Positions 44,410-52,900 of a stretch of 64,000 nucleotides of DNA are shown one piece after another. Position 1 is the stretch's first letter. The number at the start of each line of letters is the position of its first letter. Source of the stretch: Candidatus Poseidoniales archaeon (GTDB taxonomy: Archaea > Thermoplasmatota > Poseidoniia > Poseidoniales > Poseidoniaceae); NCBI GenBank assembly GCA_038146705.1, contig JAYQSB010000007.1, forward strand, positions 7,583 through 71,582. The letters run 5' to 3'. The position numbers and the translations under genes were made by a program. The notes under the pieces were generated by a model, which was given only the letters and a program-made list of their open reading frames with translations, was not told the origin of the DNA and did no database searches.

Positions 44410-45822
44410 TCATTGAGGTAAGTCAATTTCAACTGCGAATAAGGGATCAGCATGGCTTGAGTCATGGTATGCGACGACAACACCACCGTCCCTCAGAATA
44501 CCGAGTGAGGCGAAATCAAATCGAATGTCATTTCCAGCACCTGAGGTTGAGTCGAGGTCACCAAGACCAATGTAGGTCAATGTATCAGGGGCCAAATCTT
44601 CGGAATATTCTCTGACATGGTACACGACATCAACATCTGGCCCTTCGCTCGACTGATATCGGACATTGAGAACAAAGAGGTCAAGTTCGCCATTGCCTTG
44701 AAATTCCCACTCCTCAATTGAGGAAGCGATGGAGGACAAGTCGTATGTTTGATTCTTCCAAGAGAGAGCACCATCGTTGGATGTGTAGTGGGTGAACACA
44801 GCGGATTGCATTGCTACACAGTGAATTGTTCCAGTTCTATCGATATGGCAATATTCACTTGGAAATTGAATTTCAACTTCATTCCATGAAAGTGTGGTGT
44901 CGAGGAATGCAGCATTTCCGTTGTTGAAATATGACGGGAACAACAACCCTCCGCTAGGTACTGAAAACGCTCGCATTTCTTTGTGTGGTTTGTTGACATC
45001 CCAGTATGCAGGCAGGTCTGTGAATGTGAGATTCAATTCTTCAATTGGTTCTCCACCACTTCGACCAGGGAATTGAATTGGATAGTAATTGAGTCCATCA
45101 ACACTGATTTGTCCACCAGCATTTTGAGTTTGGTGCCAGAAGTTCGAGACGACGAGACTTGCCCATTCACCGTTTCCCAAAGTAGAATCGATTGGCCCTA
45201 CGACTTCGACTTGCCATGAGCGGTCGTAAAATGGTTCAGTGAGCCGATTGTAGCACCATTTCCACGCCATTTCAGATTCATCGTAGAGAATTGCGTAAAA
45301 TTTGTCGAGTTTTCCATCTGCACCGATGTATGGGAACCATGACATGGAAATGATATCACCATTGGTTGCTTGTACGATACTGCCTTCACCTAGACCTTCT
45401 TGACCGGGGTTTGTTGGAATTGGGGTCCTGCATTGGGCATCTGGAAGGACACCGGGAATATATGTGTCCCATTCGTGCCCACGATCAACCGAATACACAG
45501 GGTATTCGCCACCAATATTGAGGATGGAACCTTCAACCGAAGTTGCCAGATAATGTTCACAACAATTTCCGCCATAGGTTCGGTCGAATACAGCCCAACT
45601 CGTGTTCGTTGACATGTTAGTGTTGAGGTCAATGGTCTGAAACATACGCTCATCCACATGTGCTTGAGCATCGATACGACTGTAATCTTCCCATATGCTT
45701 TTGATATCTTGAGTCTCAATTTCTCCTTCTTCTACCCCAAAGCACCCTGCGAGGGTCATGATGCTGACCATGAAAACTGCGAGTGCGACTCGTCGCATGC
45801 CTATGGCTTGTATCGGTCTCAT
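44410..45822 (-). CDS. Secreted lipobox-type protein with Asp-box (BNR) motifs, probable beta-propeller
   Basis: Signal MRRVALAVFMVSIMTLAGCFG. Asp-box SVDRGHEW (SxDxGxxW) and near-match SNDGALSW. No catalytic assignment is possible. Confidence 0.5.
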   Translation of the reverse strand: MRPIQAIGMRRVALAVFMVSIMTLAGCFGVEEGEIETQDIKSIWEDYSRIDAQAHVDERMFQTIDLNTNMSTNTSWAVFDRTYGGNCCEHYLATSVEGSILNIGGEYPVYSVDRGHEWDTYIPGVLPDAQCRTPIPTNPGQEGLGEGSIVQATNGDIISMSWFPYIGADGKLDKFYAILYDESEMAWKWCYNRLTEPFYDRSWQVEVVGPIDSTLGNGEWASLVVSNFWHQTQNAGGQISVDGLNYYPIQFPGRSGGEPIEELNLTFTDLPAYWDVNKPHKEMRAFSVPSGGLLFPSYFNNGNAAFLDTTLSWNEVEIQFPSEYCHIDRTGTIHCVAMQSAVFTHYTSNDGALSWKNQTYDLSSIASSIEEWEFQGNGELDLFVLNVRYQSSEGPDVDVVYHVREYSEDLAPDTLTYIGLGDLDSTSGAGNDIRFDFASLGILRDGGVVVAYHDSSHADPLFAVEIDLPQ

Positions 45823-45828
45823 TTGAAC

Positions 45829-46599
45829 TCATTGATGCCCTTCAAAACGATGGCTGAGGGCACTATACAAGTTACCAATCGCCGTTAACGTACGACTTCC
45901 CATCCATGTCAAATCTTCACCATCAACACATTGAAACCAAGGACGTGAACCTGAGATAGCCTCAACTTCATCGCAAATTACTTCGCCTTCGGAACGTGCA
46001 AATTCATGTGGTTCACTCGATAACAACAAACCTTCAACATGATGTTCGACAATATGTTGTGGCGTAACAATTGGGTATCCTGTTCCACCTTGTTCAATCA
46101 ATGGAACGCTGAAACCAATTGATTCGATGAGTCCGCCTGCATATTTTTCAGGGCTTACCGCCATGAGTGGTTCGTGCCAAATGAGGGGTAAAACGACGGG
46201 CCGTCGAGAAGGAGTTGCGCATTTGTCAAGTGCTGAGTTGATCTGTGCAGCGATGTTTTCTGCTTCGGAAGTACGACCGATGGCCTTGCCAAGTTTGATG
46301 AGCATGTTTGAGACATCACGTGGATGATGGACCTCACACACGAAAACCTCGATATGTTTTGACAAGGCCCATTCATAGACCTCTCGGGGATTTTCATCTC
46401 GGTCAAGGACGAGTAATGTCGGTTCAAGAGCCTCAATTTTGCCTAAGTTCGGTGTCTTTGTTCCCCCGACAACTTTGATGTTGTTCACTTCTGGTTTTGG
46501 ATGAATGCACCACGGTGTCCGGCCAACAATTTCGTTTGTCGTGAGGCCTAAATCAAATAGACTGGCTGTCAAACTTGGAACGAGCGAGACAACCCTCAC
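45829..46599 (-). CDS. TroA/BtuF-like (helical-backbone) binding protein without signal peptide
   Basis: N-terminus RVVSLVPSLTASLFDLGL...VVGRT is typical of BtuF-like cobalamin/metal-binding proteins. The two-lobe length is about 256 aa. The GTG start is preceded by GGTGAG. Confidence 0.55.
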   Translation of the reverse strand: MRVVSLVPSLTASLFDLGLTTNEIVGRTPWCIHPKPEVNNIKVVGGTKTPNLGKIEALEPTLLVLDRDENPREVYEWALSKHIEVFVCEVHHPRDVSNMLIKLGKAIGRTSEAENIAAQINSALDKCATPSRRPVVLPLIWHEPLMAVSPEKYAGGLIESIGFSVPLIEQGGTGYPIVTPQHIVEHHVEGLLLSSEPHEFARSEGEVICDEVEAISGSRPWFQCVDGEDLTWMGSRTLTAIGNLYSALSHRFEGHQ

Positions 46600-46607
46600 T
46601 TGCTCAC

Positions 46608-49600
46608 CTATTCAACATGAAACCAAACTGTTGCTCCATCGACCTCGAATGAGTCTGTTGTTGATTCTGGTTGAGAATTTGGATGGTATGAGGCATTTGA
46701 TGCTCTTGTCTCCTGATTAATGTAGTTTGAATCCGCTTCAAAGAGATCGGGTGCATTCATCATCCAAATGTGCAGTTCGATTGTCGCCTCCATTGGCAAA
46801 TCCATTTCTTTTCGCTTTGCCTGAATTCTTCGAGTAATATCTCGAGCAAGACCTTTGGAAAGAAGTTCAGGGGTGTCATTCATGTCGAGGACGAGGCTCA
46901 TCGAATCGTTCTCGCCTTGGTCGACTTGCAACGTTTCAGCAGCAAAGCCCCTGCGCTCAGTTCGACGTATTTCGACATCTTCCGAATCGATTTGTACACC
47001 CAAAATGGTGGCTTCGCCTCGCTCAATGTGTTCAAGGAAAGCATCAACGTCTTCAATGGCACGAATTTCCGCAGCAACAGCATTCACTTCAGCTCTTGCT
47101 TTCGGGGCTAAATTTCTGAAATTTGGTTGAAGTTCGACTTTTTGAAATCGATCAAGGTTTGTCTCGACTTGAATCGATTCAACATTCAGTTCCTCTTCCA
47201 AGATTTCATGGAAAGCGGAGAGGTCAGGCCCAGCGACAATCCACCCTTGGGCGCAAGGCAATCGTTGCCTACGATTGTGATTCACTCGAATACGACGTCC
47301 TGATTCAGCAAGTTCGCGAACCAGGCTCATCTTTTCTTCAAGTTCAACATTGTGTGGAGGTAATTGTGCTGTTTCACGAACCAGTGCTTCGTCCCAATGG
47401 TCCGCTGTGGCTCCTTCCGTTGTTCCTGGTGTTCCCGATGGCCAGGGCGCAGTATGAACAGATGTTCCTTCGAGATTCTGATGAATTTCGTCGACCATGA
47501 ACGGAGCGACCGGGGCGACGAGTCGACAAACGGTCACAAGAACCTCGTGCAATGTATGCTGGCACGCAAGTTTGTCGTCATTTTGACCTTCGTCCCACAG
47601 CCTTCTTCGACTACGGCGGACATACCAATTGGAGAGGTCGTTGACCACAAAATCTTCCAATTCCCTACATGCTTTGTGGAACTCCCAATCGACGAATGAT
47701 TGATGATAATACGTAGAAACTGTGTGGAGTCGGGAAAGAATCCATTGATCAAGGAGTGGTCGTTCTTCAACTGGATTTGCTTGTGCTTGAGGGTCAAAAC
47801 CGTCCATTGCAGCATAATCTGCATGAAATTTGTAGACGTTCCACAAGGTTGAGAACATCTTTCCGTAGGTTTCACGGACACCGTTTGGGTCAAACTTGAG
47901 CGGGTTCCATGGTGCACCGGCTGTAACCATGTACCAACGGGTTGAGTCAGCACCTTCGCGATTGAAGTGATCCCAAGGGTCAACGATGTTTCCTCTTGAT
48001 TTTGACATCTTTTTCCCCTCTGCATCAAGAATGAGGCCTAAAGACAGACAACGTTTGTAACAAATGGAATCGAAAACTGTTGTGGAAACAGCAAGGAGGG
48101 TATAGAACCAACCTCGTGTTTGGTCCACACCTTCACAAATGTAGTCCACCGGGAATGTGTTCGCGAATTGTTCACCGCCGTCAAATGGATGATGCCATTG
48201 TGCAAATGAAGCACAACCTGAGTCAAACCAACAATCCATGACGAACGGCTCTCTTTTCATTGGAAGACCAGTTGATGAGACAAGTGTGAAGCCATCAACA
48301 ACAGGTCGATGTAAATCGAGGTCATCCGGGCAATCAGGATTTTCAAATCCAGCAAATATTGCACTGTTGACTTCATTCTGCAATTCTTCTATTGAACCTA
48401 CACACTTCATTTCACCATCCTCAGAACGCCATACTGGTAGCGGTGTTCCCCAATACCGTTCGCGCGAAATTGCCCAATCCTTGATGTTACGTAGCCATTC
48501 TCCGAACCTTCCTTCACCTACCCAATCAGGTGCCCATTCGACTTGGCTGTTGAATTCGAGAAGTCTGTCTTTGACCGCAGTCATTTTCACAAACCAGGAA
48601 TCCATGGCATAATACAACAATGGGTGGTCAGTTCGCCAACAGTGTGGATAATCGTGAGCATAGGATTTTTCGCGATACAAGAGACCACTTGTTGGCCCCT
48701 TACCGTTGCTACCGTGTTCACTTGACAAAAGTTCGATGATGGCCTCATCGCAGTCTTTTACATATCGTCCGTCGAGTTGTGGATGTACGCCATCGACGAA
48801 TGCTCCGTCCATGCCAACCGTGTGGAAAGCTGGTAGTCCTACTTCCATTCCCAAATTGTAATCATCTTCACCGTACATGACTGCGGTATGCACCACACCT
48901 GTTCCGTCGGTGGTCGTGACCCAATCGGCTGAAAGGACGGTCCATGCCGTTGTCGAATCGCCTCGAGGAACTGCATCTGGAAAGAGTGGTTCATAGGCCT
49001 TGCCAACAAGTGAAGAACCATTGAATTCTTCAACGATTTCAACATGGTGGCGAAGCACTTCTTTCATCAGGTCCTTTGCAAGAATGAACTCTTCGCCAAC
49101 ATCTGCCCCGCCTGCTCCTTCCCAGTGTTCAGAATCTGCAGTTACCCGAACACGAACATACGTGACTTCTGGACCAACGGCCAAGCCAACGTTGCCAGGA
49201 AGCGTCCAAGGTGTTGTTGTCCATGCCAGGATGTGAGCATCATCATCTACGAGCTTGAATTTGACATACACCGATGGTTCTTCAACTTCTTTGTAACCGA
49301 GGGCTACTTCGTGACTTGAGTATGAGGTACCTGTTTGTGGACAGTAGGGTAGGACTTTGTATCCACGGTAAAGCAATCCTTTGTCGAACATCTGTTTCAT
49401 AGCCCACCAACAAGATTCGACATATTCGTTGTGAAGGGTGACGTATGGATTGTCCAAATCAACCCAGTACGCCATTCGCTCGGTCATCTCTCGCCAAGCC
49501 GATTCGTAGGTCCATACAGACTCTCGACATGCATCGTTGAATTCCTGCATACCAAATTCTTCAATGGCTTGGTTGCTCATGAGATTGAGGCGCTTTTGAA

Positions 49601-49889
49601 CTTCGATTTCAACAGGTAGACCATGGGTGTCCCAACCTCCTTTCCGTTCGACAAGAAACCCTTCCATTGCTTTCCAACGGCAAACAAGATCTTTGTAGGT
49701 GCGTGCAACGACGTGATGGATGCCAGGTTTCCCGTTTGCAGTAGGTGGCCCTTCCAAGAAAATGAAAGGTGCACCTTCCCGTCGAACATCGATTGATTGT
49801 TGGAAGGTTTGCTCTTCATGCCATCGCTTCAAGAGACTGTTTTCGAGTTCCACCGGATTGAGTTCTCCGACGGGTTTTGGTTGAGGCAT
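46608..49889 (-). CDS. ileS: Isoleucyl-tRNA synthetase (archaeal/eukaryotic type)
   Basis: GPPTANGKPGIHHV (HIGH-type), GWDTHGLPVE, WAISRERYWGTPLPVW, EGVDQTRGWFYTL, KMSKSRGN. The ATG at 49889 (MPQPKPV) is the likely start. Confidence 0.9.
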   Translation of the reverse strand: MPQPKPVGELNPVELENSLLKRWHEEQTFQQSIDVRREGAPFIFLEGPPTANGKPGIHHVVARTYKDLVCRWKAMEGFLVERKGGWDTHGLPVEIEVQKRLNLMSNQAIEEFGMQEFNDACRESVWTYESAWREMTERMAYWVDLDNPYVTLHNEYVESCWWAMKQMFDKGLLYRGYKVLPYCPQTGTSYSSHEVALGYKEVEEPSVYVKFKLVDDDAHILAWTTTPWTLPGNVGLAVGPEVTYVRVRVTADSEHWEGAGGADVGEEFILAKDLMKEVLRHHVEIVEEFNGSSLVGKAYEPLFPDAVPRGDSTTAWTVLSADWVTTTDGTGVVHTAVMYGEDDYNLGMEVGLPAFHTVGMDGAFVDGVHPQLDGRYVKDCDEAIIELLSSEHGSNGKGPTSGLLYREKSYAHDYPHCWRTDHPLLYYAMDSWFVKMTAVKDRLLEFNSQVEWAPDWVGEGRFGEWLRNIKDWAISRERYWGTPLPVWRSEDGEMKCVGSIEELQNEVNSAIFAGFENPDCPDDLDLHRPVVDGFTLVSSTGLPMKREPFVMDCWFDSGCASFAQWHHPFDGGEQFANTFPVDYICEGVDQTRGWFYTLLAVSTTVFDSICYKRCLSLGLILDAEGKKMSKSRGNIVDPWDHFNREGADSTRWYMVTAGAPWNPLKFDPNGVRETYGKMFSTLWNVYKFHADYAAMDGFDPQAQANPVEERPLLDQWILSRLHTVSTYYHQSFVDWEFHKACRELEDFVVNDLSNWYVRRSRRRLWDEGQNDDKLACQHTLHEVLVTVCRLVAPVAPFMVDEIHQNLEGTSVHTAPWPSGTPGTTEGATADHWDEALVRETAQLPPHNVELEEKMSLVRELAESGRRIRVNHNRRQRLPCAQGWIVAGPDLSAFHEILEEELNVESIQVETNLDRFQKVELQPNFRNLAPKARAEVNAVAAEIRAIEDVDAFLEHIERGEATILGVQIDSEDVEIRRTERRGFAAETLQVDQGENDSMSLVLDMNDTPELLSKGLARDITRRIQAKRKEMDLPMEATIELHIWMMNAPDLFEADSNYINQETRASNASYHPNSQPESTTDSFEVDGATVWFHVE

Positions 49890-49998
49890 AACCAAAGCCA
49901 ACCAAGCCGATTTCTTCAAAATTCCTCTACTGCCAAGAAAAAATTCACCAATTGAAAAAAGCGTTTCATTCAAGACCTTCAAAGTTCACGCACCATTC

Positions 49999-52900
49999 AT
50001 GGCGGATGGTTCTCGTGCAAGGAACGCACTTTTCATCACATTTGTGTTCCTCTTCTCGTCGCAAGCAATCATGCTCACCGGCACCGATATGTCCTACCTC
50101 AAGAATGAACCAAAACCACGGTTATCTGCAGCCGATCAATTGGCTAATCTCACCCTCAATCCAACGACACCAAATTCAAATTTCAAACTCAGCCTTCCAG
50201 AAGGACAACCACTCACCTCTGCGTCCATAGAAATCGAACCCTATGCAACAGCAATGCACTCAGGGTTCGTATGGGATGATAATAGCATTTGGTCTCACAG
50301 CGATGCCACAAACGGTGGCGTAAGCATACAAGGAAATTCAATGACGGGCACTTCTGCTGGCAACCTTTGGGATTTCAACAATGGCAATCAAGGATGGACA
50401 TTTTCAGGCTACGGTGCCCGAGTAACTTCCCCTTCTTGTGGTATGAATGGAAGTTCTGGTGGCTCAATTCGGACCTATGCGGGTTCGTCGTACGCTACTT
50501 CGCCGGTCCTCAATCTCGCCGGAGGAAGCAATATACCATTCCATGCATGGGTGCGACAGGGTTCGAGTGGTTGCGGTGAAGAGCCAGATAGCAACGAAAA
50601 CCTCTACCTTCAATACAAAACGAGTTCAAATTCATGGACCACGTTCCGAACCTTCCAAGGTTCAACATCCGGTGGCTCTGTCACCAATGTGGTCTACAAC
50701 CTGCCTGCTGCAGCACTTCATTCAACATCGCAATTCCGCATCTATCAGAACTCTGGAAGTGGAACGTGTTGCGATTACTGGTTTGTCGATGACGTCCATA
50801 TTGTCTCGCCGCCTCAATCAAATTGGACAAGTCCTTCGTTAGGTTGGCAATCTGGATCGACACAGATGCTTTCCCGCAATTCGTATGCCCCAATTTTCCT
50901 TGAGGCTGACATTCCTCAAAATGCGTATTTGAACTGGACCGTTCTCGATGCGAGTGGATTACCGATTCCAGGTCTCCGTGGTTCGAATACACTCGTCATT
51001 CCTATGGAAGGCATCGACCATGATGTGTATCCAACATTCCGAATCCATCTCGAATTGACTGGTTCATCCAACGGCATGCCTACGCTTTACACAATTTCAG
51101 GTGATGGCAGTTTGGAAGAACATTTCTACACCGACCCTGCCGCACGGCACTGGGAACTGAATGGCAGTTCCTACAATGCCGTGACAAATGTTGTCACCGG
51201 TGGAACTTCAGATGAACTCATATCCCCATGGTTCCTTTCGCATATGCCGCTTTATGGAGCCCAAGTAACAGGTATTTCCTCCAATGCCTTGATTCAATAC
51301 CGAACAGGTCCAAATGATGTTTGGCACAACATCACATTCCCTCACAGTTTCAACATTTCAGGCCAAATGAGTGGCGTTCAATATCGCATTTCATCTCTGG
51401 TCCCAGCAAACGGAAACTGGCAGATGAACGAACTCTCTCACACGTTTTACGGCGGTCTTCAACCTGCTCTGCCCGCTCTCGATCTCGCCTTAGACGGTCG
51501 ATATGAATGGGGTGGAGGAGACGAGCGTGTTGGAATGTGGGGTTGGCAGAACACCTTCGTCAACAAAAACACAGCATACACAGTGTCCGTTTCAAACGGC
51601 AATCCAAGCAATCTTGCATTCTGGGTCCCAAGAGATTCAATGAAGTCACTCTCCCTGTCTTTCGTTGCATCGACAGGACATGTTGAGGCCGTCATCTTTT
51701 CTGTGCAAGGTCAAACCCTCGTGACCAAATCCTTCGGAAGTGGTGTGGAGAACGGTCTCATCCAATTGAACGGTTCAGAGTTCCAATCAATCTCTGATGC
51801 TCTCTATGGCCTCGCATCTTCGGTAGAAGTGCTTGGAACCATGTATGCAGAAGTTCAAGTTGAGGTCGTTGGTAACGGAATCGTCACCTTTTCAGGATTG
51901 AGTGCACCTCACCATGCTCAAACAGTTGTAAGTGCTGGACCAACCTCTTCATTTGTCATGGGCATCAATGAAGCAAGATACGGTGTCGTCCCAACTGGCG
52001 GTACCGACGAGGTCGTTTTACCCTTCGTAGCACAATCCCGTGGCGGTCTAAGAGTGAGCATTGCCGATATCGTGACCTCCAGTTCAGTTGAATTAGTCAG
52101 TGGTCAAATGCAAGACCAAGTCGCCGTACTTACCCCGAGTGAACGATGGCATACCATCGAAACTGAATACACTGTCCTCGGTGGCAACATCCAATATGTC
52201 CGTCTCGATGTATACGGAACTCTTCATCATGCTACCGTTCTCTATCAACTCGATGGCAATCCTATCATCGAAACAGGGGACAGTGATGCAATCATACTTC
52301 CAGAATTAGATTTGTTTACCCACGACGTAAACGGCACCAAAGTTGTGAGTTCTGCAACATTCCGAATAGCACCTGTATGGGACGATGAGATGATGTTGAG
52401 TGCAAGTCTTCGGCTTGTGATGGCCAATGGAGTGGCTTCGATTCCGTTTGTTCAAACTTGGGGGTCAACACTCTCACAAGGATATGAAAATGACCTCATC
52501 ATTCGCTCAGTTTCGTTCACGACAACCGATGGGCCAGCCCTACCGTCACAACAATATCTCAAGGGTGGAGAGCCTCTTCACCTCAGTATGCAAATCGGAT
52601 TTGAAGGTGTTCAAACCGAAGATGCCTTCCCCAGTGGCTTTGGTGAAGTTCAACTTTGGCGAGGTGAAACCCTTGTTGCCAACACGACTTCACTCGATGG
52701 AACATATTGGAACTATACCGATACTATTCCATTCACATATGCAGACGTCGTATGGACTGTCAAGCTCGTTTCCATGAATGGTTCTCACATTGGCCAACCA
52801 GCAGAGCTTACTCGAACATTCACCGTTGATTCAGTACGGCCAAAAGTGATGGAAACCAACCTTCCTCACTACGGGTATCGCTCGCCCAGCCCGACTCAAA

